From Malacoraja senta (taxonomy: Eukaryota), in NCBI GenBank assembly GCA_038087875.1, contig CM075996.1, forward strand, positions 9,550,001-9,614,000: a DNA stretch of 64,000 nt. Reading direction: 5' to 3'. Below, piece after piece: positions 44,069 to 57,889 of this stretch. Position numbers and translations under genes: made by a program. The notes under the pieces are model-generated. The model was given only the letters and a program-made list of their open reading frames with translations. It was not told where the DNA came from and searched no databases. Numbering within the stretch: position 1 is the first letter of the stretch; each line of letters begins with the position of its first letter.

Positions 44069-46895
44069 CTGGGGAGAGAAATCAGGTCCACCCGCCGTGG
44101 TGTTAGGCCGAGACGGCAGCATGGCACAGCACGTTGCCCCCTGCCCCCTCCACACGCACACCAGCTCCTCAGCCCAGCGAGGCATCACTCCATGCCCACC
44201 CCAGTACTCCCCCCACCCCCCCCCCCCTCCGCCTCCACCGGGCCCCCAGTGCAACGCCACAATACACAGAGGGTGGTATTAGAGGGAATACCCGCTGTCC
44301 ACGGGCACCCGGGGCGATTTCCGGGACCGCTGGGCACCGCGGGGGGTGGAATGCATCCGTAACAAGGATTGTGACTTAGTTATCTAATATTCCGTGTTTA
44401 AGAATATTTATTTGACTTTGAATTGTGCCGGTGGGCTTGTTTGTATTCTTTGCATCGTACAATATTTGTTCATTACGATAATTAATTGATATTTATTTTT
44501 GGAATAAACATGGGAGCCATAGAACTCATGTGGTGGCGCAGTGGTGGAGTTGCTGCCTTACAGCGCTAGAGACCCTGGTTCAATCCTGCCGTTCTCCCCG
44601 TGACCTGCGTGGGTTTCCACCGGCTGCTCCGGTTTCCTCCCACACTCCAAAGATGCACAGGTTTATAAGTTAATTTGCTCTGGTAAAGTTATAAATTGCC
44701 TCCAGGAGTGGATGAGAAAGTGGTATAACGTTAGTGTGAACTTGTGGAGAAAAGGAATGGGTGACGTTTCGGGTTGAAACCCTTCATCAGACTGAGGGTG
44801 TCGACCCGACACGGCACATATTCCTTCTCTCCAGAGATGCTACCTGTCCCGCTGAGTTACTCAGCTTTGTGTCTATCTTCGGTGCAAACCAGCATCTGCA
44901 GCTCCTTCCATCCTTGATCGATGGTCAGCATGGACTCGATGGGCTGAAGGGCCCGTTTCCTCACTGTATCTTTCAATCAATTCAAATCGACACAGACAGA
45001 AGGCAGCAGGAACAAAGGGATTACCGGCTGGTGGTTGTGCTTGGATGTTGGTCAGTGTGGATTGGGCTATAACACCTCTGGTTCAGTTTAGTTTAGAGAT
45101 GCAGCGCGGAAAACAGGCCCTTCAGCCCACCGAGTCCGTGCCGACCAGCGATCACCCATATACTAACACTATCCTACACACGCTAGGGACAATTTTTCAT
45201 TTACTCCAAAGCCAATTAACCTACAAACCTGTACGTCTTTGGAGTGTGGGATGAAACCTGAGCTCCTGGAGAAAACCCACGTGGAGAACGTACAAACTGC
45301 GTACAGATGGCACCCGTACTCAGGATGGATTCCAGGTCTCTGGCGCTGTGAGGCAGCAACTCTACCGCTGCGCCACCGTGCTGCCCGCTACAGATTAAAA
45401 AGGCAAATGGTCTTCACCAACTCCATGCCTTGCGATCACCCACATGCTCCAGAGAAGGCAGGCAAGGCCCTCGAGTTGGCAGCAGGCACCATCTATACAG
45501 TGCTGCATTAAATACTGCGCTGGGGCACCAGCCCAAACCTCCCGCTCAGTGTTCAGTTTAGTTATAACGCACAGAACAGGCCCTTCGGCCCACCCAGTCC
45601 ACGCCGACCATCGATCACTCATCAACACTAGTTCCATGTTATCCCAACTTTGCTTCCACTCCCTACACACTAGGGGGCATTTTACAGAGGGCCAATTAAC
45701 CTATAAACCCGCACGTATTTAGGATGTGGGGGGGGAAACCGGAGCACCCGGAGGAAAACCCACGCGGTTACAGGAAGAACGGACAAACTCCGCACACAGA
45801 CAGCAACCGAGGTCAGGATGGAACCCGGGTCTCTGGTGCTGTGAGTTGGAACCCAGGACGAACAACCCACGAGAGACGGTATGGGCGGCACGGTGGCACA
45901 GCGGTAGAGTTGCAGCGCCGGAGACCCGGGATCGATCCTGACTACGGGTGCTGGTCAGTACGTTCTCCAGGTGGGTTTACTCCGAGATCTGCGCTTTCCA
46001 CCCACACTCCAAAGACGGACGCGCAGGTTTGTAGGTTACTTAGCTTGGTGTTTGTGTAAATTGTCGCCAGTGTGTGTGTGTGAGTTTGGGATAGTGTTAT
46101 TGTGCGGGGATCGCTGGTCAGTGTGGACCCGGTGGGCCGAAGGGGCCTGTGTCCACACTGTATCTCTAAAACTAGAACGACAACTAAAGACCAGAAGTTC
46201 CATCACTGGGAACCGCAGACCCCAGAGGGTTGGAGTTTTGGAAAAACTCGGACTAGGTGGTAGTGGGATGACGGGGAGCTATGCTTTAAAAAATCATTAT
46301 GTTTTAATTCAATTATGAAAATAACATTTACAAACCAAAACAGTGATAACACACCATAATACAAAATTATCTAATCACTACATTTTCAAATAACTATAAT
46401 CACCATCCTTGTCCAGGACCCACCTCCCCCCGGGAGCCCGTGGACAGCGTGTAGACCCTCTCTAACACCACCCGGGCGCGGACATAACCCCGGAAAAGGG
46501 TCAGGCAGGCAGCCGGCTCGAGCAGAGCCCTCTTCCGCCTGGCGCCGTGACTCGCAGATGGCCCAGCTCGGCCAGGCCCAGGAGCAACCCAACCAGGACA
46601 TCCTCGGCCCTACCCTCTCCCCTACGCACAAGGGTGTCCACAGATGAGGATGGTGGGTGTGAAGTACAGCCAGAAGGCAAGGAGCAGCCCCTTTAGATAT
46701 TTAAACAGGGGCACCGTGGCAGGATCACCCCAAGGGCAGGGCTGGCACCAGAGTCCGAGGCTCGGTGGGCCCCGAGGTGTGGAGTAGGCCCCAGGATGTG
46801 GACCCGGGGCCCTCCAGTCACACCGCTGGGAGTCTGGGCACCGGCACAGCCGCTGGGAGTCGATGCCGCCCTTTTCACCGCTCGTGTCGACTTAC

Positions 46896-46993
46896 CCGCA
46901 GCAGGGGACTGAGCTGTCTGCAGGGGGTACGTCACCGTGGTGGCAACGGCCTTGGCAACGGGCTCCAATGAGAAAAACCTCAAGTGCGAACAG
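46896..46993 (-). CDS. SLC25A17: PMP34 exon with two apparent 1-bp C insertions
   Basis: tttcag acceptor and gtaagt donor. Encodes LFALEVFLIGA/VAKAVATTVTYPLQTAQS/LLR after removing two Cs (98 to 96 bp). Confidence 0.82.
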
Positions 46994-47705
46994 CTGAAAG
47001 GACAGGAGGAGAACAGAGCTGAAACACAGGCGCCATCCCAGGCCAAACACAAAGCCCTGGGCCTCCCTCTCCCTCCTCTAAGACACTAAGCCTGACCTCC
47101 CAGACCTCCCTCTCCCAACTTGGCCAAAAACGTCAGCTCCAAGTCTCTCCCTCGAATCGGGGCCAAAGCTTCACTCCCAGCCTTCACTCCGTCCCCTCTG
47201 GGTCCCAAGACCTCACCTCCAGGCCTCACCGCATCCCATCTGGGCCTCAGGCCTCATTCCCAGGCCTCTCACCGCACCCCAAGCGGAGCCCCGGTTACTT
47301 GAGCTCTGGTCTCGAGGTGCAGCCTCGGAAATTTGGATGCAAATGTAAATGGAGGCGGGCTGGTGAGGAAGTTTGCTGCGAACACTAAAATTGGAGGAGT
47401 TGCAGAGGGTGAGGCCGGCTGTCAGAGGATGCAGCGGGATGTAGATCAGCTGCAGAAACGGGCGGAGAAATGGCAGCTTAACCCGTGCAAGCGCACGGTG
47501 TCGCAGTTTGCGATGTTGAATGAAGGGAGAGTGGACCGTTCCTGGCAAGATCCTTCACACCATTAATGTCCCCTCCAACCCCCTGCCTCTCACCCCCTCC
47601 CCCCTCCTCCCCTGTACACCAGTCTGCTCCCTCACCCCGGCGTGTTCCTCTTGCCCCCCCCCTCCCTCCACCTCCTCCTGCCCCCCCCCCACAGTCCCCC
47701 CCTTG

Positions 47706-47905
47706 NNNNNNNNNNNNNNNNNNNNNNNNNNNNNNNNNNNNNNNNNNNNNNNNNNNNNNNNNNNNNNNNNNNNNNNNNNNNNNNNNNNNNNNNNNNNNNN
47801 NNNNNNNNNNNNNNNNNNNNNNNNNNNNNNNNNNNNNNNNNNNNNNNNNNNNNNNNNNNNNNNNNNNNNNNNNNNNNNNNNNNNNNNNNNNNNNNNNNNN
47901 NNNNN
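47706..47905. other. Assembly gap (exactly 200 N)
   Basis: N run; the round length suggests an unsized join. Confidence 0.99.
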
Positions 47906-49009
47906 TATATTTTCATATAGATGTATCTCACAAAAAAAAAGTTGTTTACTGCAATGTATAACTGTTGGCTAATTCTGCTGCAAGGATAGAGAACTGGTGA
48001 GCAGTTAACTGCCGCCATCTCTCCGTGATATCACACAATAAAGCATCTTGAAGCAAAACTCTTGAAGCAAAAGTCTTAGTTTTTCCTTTGATTTTCCTCC
48101 CAGTCAATTTCCTCGACACTCATGCTGTATCTTTCAATCAGAGTGGCACGGTGGCACAGCGGTAGAGTTGCTGCCTCACAGCACCTGAGACCCGGGTGTG
48201 ATCCTGACTACAGGTGCTGTCTGTACAGAGTCTGTACGTTCTCCCGTGACCTGCGGGGGTTTTCTGCGAGATCTTCGGTTTCCTCCCACACTCTAAAAAC
48301 GTACAGGTTTCTAGGTTAATTGGCTTGGTGTAAATAAAAATGTCTCCAGTGTGTGTAGGATAGTGGTAGTGTGTGGGGATCACTGGTTGGTGTGGAATCG
48401 GTGGGCCGAAGGGCCTGTTTCACCGCTGTATCTCTAAACTAAACGCGAAGCGTCACTCACAAGTTCACAAGTTCTAGCAGTAGAATTCGACCATTCGGCC
48501 CATCGAGCGTGAACTAAAAACTAAACTCAATCAATCAATTCTTCATAGATTTGTAAAAGAGGGCAAGGTTCGATTTGTAATAAAGTCACTGAGCCAAGGT
48601 GTCATGGCCATCGACGAGGCATCTCCAGGAAGCTCCTTTGCTGCTCCTAATGCAAACACACAAAATGTGCGTGCATCATGAAAACGTTCTCACAAAAATT
48701 CCCAGTTAAAAAACAGACAGCATTGAATTAGTGCCTGGGGATGCCCTAAATCTGCTGAGAATGTTGCAAAGCCGGGGTAAGAGCAGGCAGTTTGTATTTA
48801 ATGAGCTGCAATGAGACACGGGCCAGATAACACTGCAGATTATCTGCTGCTGTTCGGTAAGTTTTATCACCAGCTGAACTCTGGTGGTCTGTTGTAAAGT
48901 GGTGTCGGTTGCTGTAAGAGTGATGTTTACTGCAGATATCACACAGATGACGTGCCTCACTGACTCAGCTGACAGATGGAGATTATTGAAGGACAGCAGG
49001 CAAACGGTT

Positions 49010-49662
49010 ACATACATAGATACATAGAAAATAGGTGCAGGAGTAGGCCATTCGGCCCTTCGAGCCTGCACCGCCATTCAATATGATCATGGCTGATCAT
49101 CCAACTCAGTATCCCGTACCTGCCTTCTCTCCATACCCCCTGATCCCTTTAGCCACAAGGGCCACATCTAACTCCCTCTTAAATATAGCCAATGAACTGG
49201 CCTCAACTACCCTCTGTGGCAGAGAGTTCCAGAGATTCACCACTCTCTGTGTGAAAAAGTTTTTCCTCATCTCGGTCTTAAAGGATTTCCCCCTTATCCT
49301 TAAGCTGTGACCCCTTGTCTTGGACTTCCCCAACATCGGGAACAATCTTCCTGCATCTAGCCTGTCCAACCCCATAAGAATTTTGTACGTTTCTATAAGA
49401 TCCCCTCTCAATCTCCTAAATTCTAGCGAGTATAAGCCAAGTCTATCCAGTCTTTCTTCATATGAAAGTCCTGACATCCCAGGAATCAGTCTGGTGAACC
49501 TTCTCTGCACTCCCTCTATGGCTATAATGTCCTTCCTCAGATTTGGAGACCAAAACTGTACGCAATACTCCAGGTGTGGTCTCACCAAGACCCTGTACAA
49601 CTGCAGTAGAACCTCCCTGCTCCTATACTCAAATCCTTTTGCTATGAAAGCTAACATACCAT
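49010..49662 (-). mobile_element. CR1-type LINE 3' fragment
   Basis: Open frame GMLAFIAKG...RPHLEYCVQFWSP...GYGEKAGTGY*. Confidence 0.9.
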
Positions 49663-52600
49663 TTAGGAACAACCATCTTCCCAACAACCATCAGGCTGCT
49701 GACTACTACAAACAACCACTAAACTACAGACTACAAACTGTCTTGGTTGCACTAGAGACTTCGGGCTTTTAGACTAGTTTAGGTTAGAGATACAGTGCGG
49801 AAACAGGCCCTTTGGCCCACCAAGTCTGCGCCGACCAGCGATCCCCACACATTAACACACAGGCACTAGGGACAATTTACTTTTATACCAAAGCCAATTA
49901 ACCTACAAACCTGTACGTCTTTGGAGTGTGGGAGGAAACCGAAGATCCCGGAGAATTTTTACTGTGTGATCTATTTCCTTGAAGGTGGCATCACTGGTAG
50001 GTAGGGTGGTCAAAAAGGCTTTTGGCACATTGGCCTTCATCAGTCAGAGTACTGAGTATAAAAGTTGGCAGGTCATGTTGCAGTTGTATAAGACGTTGGT
50101 GAGGCCGCATTTAGAGTATTGTGTGCAGTTCTGGGAACTATATTACTGGAAAGATGGGTGCAGAGAAAGATGATGCCAGGATCCGATGGTCTAAGCTATG
50201 GGATTGAGCAGGCTGGGACTCTATTCCTTGGCGCGCAGGCGGCAAGATATAATTGGTCTGAAGAAAGGTTCCGACCCGAAACATCACCCATCCTTTTTCT
50301 CCAGAGATGCTGCCTGACCCACTGAGTTACTCCAGCACTTTGTATCTATTTTCTGTATAAAGCAGAATCTGCAGTTCTTTATTTCTACATTCTCCAATAT
50401 AACGTTGACTGTTTTATCGTAAGCTGATGAAACATTTGGAAGATTTGCTGGATTGTGTGTTTATGATTTTCACAATCATCTTCGTTGGGGTGCACTGTAC
50501 CATTGCCACCACAGTTGTAGGTCACAGGGTGAACGTGCAAACTCCACACAGACAGCATCGGAGGTCGAGAACGAACCTGCATCACTGGAGCTCTGAGGCA
50601 CGGGTTCTACCAAGAGTCAAGGGAGTTTAATTGCCATATGTACCGAAAACAGAAGAATGAAATTCTTACTTGCAGCAGCTTAACAGATCTGTAAACACAG
50701 TGCTCATAGTGTGATACAGTGTGGAAACAGGCCTTTCGGCCCAACTTGCCCACACTAACCAATATGTCCCATCTACACTAGTCCCACCTGCTTGTGTTTG
50801 GCCCATTATCCTCCAAACCTGTCCTATCCATGTACCTGTCTAAATGTTTCTTAAACGTTGCAATAGTCCAGCCTCAACTACCTCCTATGGCAGCTTGTTC
50901 CATACACCCACCACCCTGTGTGTGGAAAAGTTACCCCTCAGATTCTTATTAAATCTTTTTCCCCTCACCTTAAACCTATGTCCTCTGGTGCTCGATTCTC
51001 CTACTCTGGGCAAGAGACTCTGTGCGTTTACTGGATCTATTCCTCTCATGATTTTATACACCTTGATAAGATCACCCCTCATCTTCCTGCATTGGGACCT
51101 TTCTTCAGACTGAAAGTGGTGGGGTTGGTGGGGGGAAGAAAGAACAGGAGGCGTGAAAAGCCCAGGACAAATCTGGGCCAACAACCAATATCATCAGGTA
51201 GGGAGGTTGCATGATAGACGTAGATGTTGGCTAGGGATGGTGCGATCCCAAGAGAGATACCTTTGCGAACTGTGGAACTGGTTAAATGACGAGGGTGGAA
51301 GAAGAGGGTAAGGGAATGGGGGGGAGTGTTTGTAGAAGTTACTTAAAATCATACGTTCATACCGCTGGGTTGTAAGCTGCCCAAGTGAAAAATGAGGTGC
51401 AGTTCCTCCAGTTTGCATGTGTCCTCACTCTGGCAATGGAGGAGGCCCAGGACAGAAAGGTCAGTGTGGGACCATTTAAAACTGTTCCCAAGTTCCTTCA
51501 ACAATAAGATTCAACGATGGCTTTCCTGCAGGTTTTAGTTTAGTTTAGAGATACAGTGTGGAAACAGGCCGAGTCGGCACCGACCAGCGATCCCCGCATA
51601 TTAACATTATCCTACACACACACCAGGGACAATTTACAATGATATCAAAGCTAATTTACTAACAAATCAGTACGTCTTTGCGAGGAAACCGGAGCACCCG
51701 GTGAAAACCCTTGCAGGTCACGGGGAGAATGTGCAGACAGCACCCGTAGTCGGGATCAAACCCGGGTCTCTGGCGCTGTGAGGCAGCAACTCTATCTCTG
51801 CGCCACTAACTTCTTCCTCGCTGTTATCAGATTCTTGAATGATCTCGCACCTGCTACGGATGAGTTGCCAATCTTCCAACCTACCTTGTTGCTGCACTTG
51901 CACTTTAAAAAAAAACTGCACTTTCTTTATCTGTAACTGTAACGGTATCCTGTAACATTATACACTGCACTCTGTTGATTTCTCTTTCCCACAGTCAGAT
52001 GTACCAGTGCAGGGTACTAAGGCACTCAAGTGTGGTAACATCTGCCTGCGTTGCAAGAAGTTTATAACCGTATCTCGGTATGTAACAACAATAAACCAAT
52101 GCCGACAACATGCCAAAGTGGGATGTGTGTTACCAAACATCTCAATGACCTCTGATACAAGTTCAACCTATAAACAAACAAGGTTCAAAAACAGGTTCAA
52201 GCATTTAAAAAATATATATTTTTATTTTTCAAAAAATACCCTTTCATCCCCTCTCTCCGTCCCACTCCCATCCTAGTCGTTCTACGCTGACTGTTGTACA
52301 TTGTAAGGGTCGGCATTGTGGCGCAGCGGCAAAGTTGCTGCCTTACAACGCCAGAGACCCCGGTTCAATCCTGACCACGGCCGCTGTCTTTATGGAGTTT
52401 GTACGTTCTCCCCGTGACCAAGTGGGTTTCCTCTGGATGTTCAGGTTTCCTCTCACATTCCAAAGAAGTACAGGTTTGTAGGTTAACTGGCTGCTATGAA
52501 AAATGTCCCCAGTGTGTGGGATAGTGCGAGTATATGGGTGATCGCTGGTCAGCGCAGACTCGGTGACCCGAAGGGCCTGTATCCTCGCTGTATCTCTAAA

Positions 52601-54166
52601 CTTAACAGTTAGACAGGTACATGGATAGGACAGGTTTGGAGGGATATGGACACAGGCAGGTGGGACTAGTGTAGCTGGAACATGTTGGCCCGTGTGAGCA
52701 AGTTGGGCCGAAGGGCCTGTTTCCACACTGTACCACTCTATGACTCTGTAGTAAATTGTCTCTAGTGTGTAGGATAGTGTTAGTGCATGGAGATCGCTGA
52801 TTGGTGCGGACCCGGTGGGCCACAGGGCCTGTTTCCGCATTGTATCTCTAAACTAAAGTAAATTAAACTTATTACAAGTTATAAGTTGATACAGGTGAGG
52901 GTGGGGGGGGGGAGGAAGGTTTGATTAGTAGATGAATGAAGTAAGTGACAATGGCTCGAGATGAGACAGAGACAAAAGGGTATCAGATAAGGAGAGGAGT
53001 GAATGGTCCAATTTGTACTCTCCCTTTCCCAGTTTGAACAAAGGACTGCAGGCCTCAACTTTGACTGTTTCTCTCTTCACAGATACGCTTTGATTTGCTG
53101 AGTTTCCCCAGCAGAACCTGTTTTAGTTTCAGATTTCCAGCATCTCGTGTTTCGTTTTATTTTTCTTTCCTGCAGAACAGTCAGACCACGCCACACCTCC
53201 TTATTATCTTTCTATTTTTCCCAGTCATGTCTAGGTTATTTTTCACAGCGTTGGACTTTACCCACAACCCTCTTGTTCCACCTCGATCTGGCTTCGAAGG
53301 AAGTCACAGCAGCTCTTTAAACATATGGACTATATTGTACAGGCACCTCACTGTACTAGTGCACATGACAAGAAACCCGTTTCAACCTGGACTGTGTGCA
53401 CCTCAATCGGGCAGTTCCAAGGAGCCAAAGTTCATGGCATTGACCATAAACTGTCTGATCTCAGGCAAGGACACAGAACAGTGTCACCCATTTAGGGATA
53501 GACACAAAAAGCTGGGACAGGCAGCATCTCTGGAGAGAAGGAATGGGTGACGTTTCGGGTCGAGACCCTTCTTCAGACTGATTCCATTCAGGGGCTGTTC
53601 ACATTCATATATCCCTTCGTTATCACCTCTTCCACAGCCAACAATGGACCATTGTGGGCTCCACCTTTCCTTGGCCATCGGTGCCAGGTCCGATTTGTCC
53701 CGAGCCTTTTCATGCCTCTAGTTTCCCTGACTCCGTCACTCATTCCTCTCTCCACAGAAGCTGCCTGACCCGCAGAGTTACTCCAGCTTTTTGTGTGTCA
53801 ATCAAGAGATGTCCCCACCCTTGTCGTTTAGTTTCGCTTGGAGATACAGCACGGAAACAGGCCCTTCGGCCCACCGAGTCAGCACCGACCAGCGATCCCC
53901 ATACACTAAACACTGTCCTACAGTAGGGACGATTTTTAAAACATTTATACCAGGCCAATTAACCTAGAAACCTGTACGTCTTTGGAGTGTGGGAGGAAAC
54001 CAACGTTTTTGGAGAAAACCCACGCGGTCAAAGGGAAAACGTACAAGCTCCCCACAAACAAGCACCCATAGTCAGGATCGAACCCGGGTCTCTGGCGCTG
54101 TAACTCTACCGCTGCGCCACCCAACTGCGTACAAACAAAGACAGACTGCCATCTGAAATATAAGGC

Positions 54167-54172
54167 TTTATT
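54167..54172 (-). promoter_or_regulatory. Candidate polyadenylation signal of XRCC6
   Basis: AATAAA on the minus strand ~165 bp downstream of the stop. Confidence 0.6.
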
Positions 54173-54337
54173 GACAAGGTTTCACAAAAAAAGCTAAAAT
54201 AAACTTGTGAGACGTGGTACAAAAATAGCGGTCAGGTTGTACTTTGTGGAGCTCTGGGTCAGTGACGGGCCGTAGACCTGGTGTTGCCGCAGAGTGGGTT
54301 AGACAGTGTGTGTGTGTGTGTGTGTGGGGCACTGCCC

Positions 54338-54534
54338 TCAGTGGGTGGAGAAGTGGGCGGAGATTACATCCAGCAGCTCCTGCTTCTTGCTGCCCTTCAG
54401 CCCGTACTTCATGCACACCTCCTTCAGCACCGGCACCGTCAGCTTGCCCAGACTCCCGCTCTTCAGCAGCTGCCTGATCTCCTCCTCCCCCACCAGCACC
54501 TCCACCTTCACCTTCTTCTCCCCTCCGCCACCTG
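54338..54534 (-). CDS. XRCC6: Ku70 last exon (SAP domain); tandem CAGCAG acceptor, start 54534 or 54531
   Basis: Encodes GGGEKKVKVE...KSGSLGKLTVPVLKEVCMKYGLKGSKKQELLDVISAHFSTH*. Confidence 0.92.
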
Positions 54535-55937
54535 CTGATGGCAGGAGACAAGTGGTTAATACAACACCAGGACCAGGACTCTGCCTCTCAGCTTGCTGCT
54601 CTCACACCCCATCTCCACTGAACCAGACAACAGTGCTGAACTACTGTCGACCTCACTGGTGACCCTCGGACTATCCTTGATCAGACTTTGCTGGCTTTAT
54701 GCTAAACTTTGCGCTAAACGTTATTCCCATGGTCTGAGGGTCACCAAAGAGGTCGATAGTAGTTCAGCACTGCTCTCAGGTTGTGGTAGGATGATTCAGT
54801 TGCCTGATAACAGCTGGGAAGAACCTGCCCCTGAATCTGGAGGTGTGCGTTTTCAACTTCTGCACCTTTCATGTACCTAGCTGCAGTCAAATGCCGTTTA
54901 CGTATACAGTTCAGTAAAAATCTTGGACTATCCTTGATCGGACTTTGCTGGCTTTACCTTGCACTAAACGTCATTCACTTTATTAAGTATCACTGTAAAC
55001 GGCTCGATTGTAATCATGTGTTGTCTTTCCGCTGTCTGGTTAGCACACAACAAAAGCCTTTCACTGTACCTCGGTACACGTGACAATAAACGACACTGAA
55101 CTGAAACTTCCCATCTCCCCCAGAAAAGGACACAAAGTGCTGGTGTAACTCAGCGGGGTCAGTGAGCATCTCTGGAGAATGTGGATAGGTGACGTTTCAG
55201 GTCGGGACCCTTCTTCAGACGGACAAAACCGTCATCTGAAACCTTTGTCTGAAGAAGGGTCCCGATCGGAAACGTCACCTATTTATGTCCTCCACAATTG
55301 CTGCCTGACCCGCTAAGTTACTTTTGTCTTTTTGCATAAACCAGCATCTGCAGTTCCTGTGTCTTCCCGCTCTCTCATTTCCTTTAATCGCATGAATGTA
55401 TAATGTGGATAAATGTGAGGTTATCCACTTTGGTGACAAGAACAAGAAGGCAGATTATTATCTGTATGGTTGCAGATTTGAAAAAGAGGAGGTGCAACGA
55501 GACCTGGGTGTGCTTGTACATCAGTCACTGAAAGTAAGCATGCAGGTACAGCAGGCAGTGAAGAAAGCAATTCACTGGATGTTTTCAAGAGAGAGTTAGA
55601 TTTAGCTCTTAAGGCTAAAGGAATCACGGGATATGGGGAAAAAGCAGGAACAGGGTACTGATTTTAGATGATCAGCCATGATCATATTGAATGGTGGTGC
55701 TGGCTTGAAGGGTCTATTTTTCTATGTTTTTTATGTTCTATGTTTCGAAAACAAGTTATGTTATTACAAGTTATAGGTGAAGTTATAGGTGAGGTGTGGT
55801 GGTGGAGGTTTGAATAGTAGGCCTGTTTCCATGCTGCTCAGAGCATGGGTGTGGGGTAATATTGACCCTTCAACTAAGATTGCTGGTTGGTTTCTGGTTC
55901 CTTTGAGGTCTTGTGTGTGACAATAGACAATGGACAA

Positions 55938-55972
<35 letters not shown>

Positions 55973-56099
55973 TAGAAAGTGACCATCACATTTGTAGTGC
56001 TGTAAGAGCTGCTGCGCTTTAGCTGTTGCCAAAGGCCCGGTGGTGAAGGACACTGGGGAAATGTGAGACTTTCTTTTGTTGCTCAGCTGCCAGGGGTGC

Positions 56100-56126
56100 T
56101 GAGTGTGAGTGAGAGAGTGAGAGAGC

Positions 56127-56161
<35 letters not shown>

Positions 56162-56485
56162 TGTGAGAGAGAGAGAGAGTGTGAGAGAGTGTGAGAGTGC
56201 GAGAGAGAGAGAGCGAGGGAGTGTGAGAGAATGAGAGAGTATGAGTGAGAGAGTGTGTGAGAGAGAGTGTGTGAGAGTGTGAGAAAGAATGAGAGTGTAA
56301 GCGAGAGTGTGAGAGAATGAGAGAGCGTGAGAGTGTGTGTGAGTGTGTGCAAGAGTGTGAGAGAGCATGAGAGTGTGAATGTCTGCGAGTGTGTGAGTGA
56401 GAATGCATGTGTGTGAGAATGCGTGTGTGTGTGAGTGTGACAGTGCGTGTGAGTCAGTGAGTGTGCGTGTGAGTGTGAGTGTGCT
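56100..56485. repeat. GA/GT degenerate microsatellite (a TG/TA tract also lies at ~56760-57455)
   Basis: Directly visible. Confidence 0.9.
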
Positions 56486-56541
56486 CCCATTGCAAGCTGC
56501 CCGTGGGGCAGAGCCCCGCACACTGTTTGTGGTGCACTCAC

Positions 56542-56658
56542 ACAGCTTGTGTTTCTGCTGGCCCTTTGTGTCGGGGTTGTAGTCCGGAGGGTAGACCAGG
56601 CTCGTGAACTCCTCAGCCAGCTGCCCCAGCCTCTCATCAATCTCGTCGTCCTTTGACA
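56542..56658 (-). CDS. XRCC6: Ku70 exon
   Basis: ctgcag acceptor and gtgagt donor. Encodes SKDDEIDERLGQLAEEFTSLVYPPDYNPDTKGQQKHKL. Confidence 0.93.
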
Positions 56659-57230
56659 CTGCAGGGACACAGACATCTCTTGTTCCAGTTATGTGTACAA
56701 TGCTGGCAACTGCAATAATCACCCTGACTCACTCTGCCCCACACATCACTGTCAACGTCTGTGTGTACATGCATGTCTCTTTGTATATGGGCCTCTCAAT
56801 ATATATGTGTTTGTGCATGTACCTTGTGTGTGCATGTGTGTATGTACGTGGCTCCTGTGTGTGTGTATATGTGCATGTGTACACACGAGTGTGTTTGTGC
56901 CATGTGTGTGTGCATGTGCCCCATGAGCGTGTGTCTGTGTGTTTATGTGTGAGTGTGAGCATGTATGAGTGTGTGTGTATGCGTGAGTGTGTGTGTATGC
57001 GTGAGTGTGTGTGTATGTGTGTGAGTATGTATGCGTGAGTGTGTGTGTGTGTGTATGTGAATGTTGTGTGTGTGTGCGCGTGTGAGTGTGTGTGTGCGTG
57101 AGTGTGTGTGTGTATGTATATGTGTGTGAGTGTGTGTGTGTGTTTGTGTATGTATGTGTGTGTGTGTTAGTGTGTGTGTATGTGTATGTATATGTGTGTG
57201 TATGTATATATGTATGTGTGTGTGTGTGTG

Positions 57231-57262
<32 letters not shown>

Positions 57263-57310
57263 TATGTATGTGTGTGTATGTATATATATGTGTGTGTGTT
57301 TATGTATATA

Positions 57311-57345
<35 letters not shown>

Positions 57346-57366
57346 GTATGTGTGTGTATGTATATA

Positions 57367-57401
<35 letters not shown>

Positions 57402-57788
57402 GTGTGTGTGTATGTATATATGTGAGTGTGTGTGTGTGTGAGTGTGAGTGTGTGTCCACGCCCAGTGGTTTTTACATATTCCTCGACCTCCGTCCCCTTT
57501 GATCTCTCGTTTGCACACCTTACCCTTCCATATCTCTGTGTCTCCCTCCCCCCGACTCTCATTCTGAAGAAGGGTCTCGACCCGAAACATCACCCGTTTC
57601 TTCTCTCCAGAGATGTTGCCTGTCCCGCTGAGTTACTCCAGCATTTTGTGTCTATCTGCGGTTTAAACCAGCAGCTGCAGTTCCTTCCTGCAGCTGTAAC
57701 CAGTAGCCAGCCCTAGCCCAGACTGACGGAGACCGGGACTGCCTCGAGTGCTCCCTCAGCGTCACGTTTCCCTCTTCCCACAACTCAC

Positions 57789-57889
57789 GAGTCAGATCCT
57801 CCATTTCTTCCGGTTCATTCAGGTCGAGCGCCAGGGCCTCCAGGTTGCGGAAGTGCTTCTGAATGACAGGGTTCTCAAAACTTTCCGGC
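57789..57889 (-). CDS. XRCC6: Ku70 exon
   Basis: aacag acceptor and gtgagt donor. Encodes [33 protein letters not shown]. Confidence 0.95.

Noticed and set aside
48540..49005. Non-repetitive stretch as possible SLC25A17 5' exons
   Set aside because: No carrier-family motifs found in the frames I inspected.
55874..57593. Long His/Thr- or Val/Cys-rich ORFs
   Set aside because: Microsatellite translations; only 56542-56658 is a real exon.
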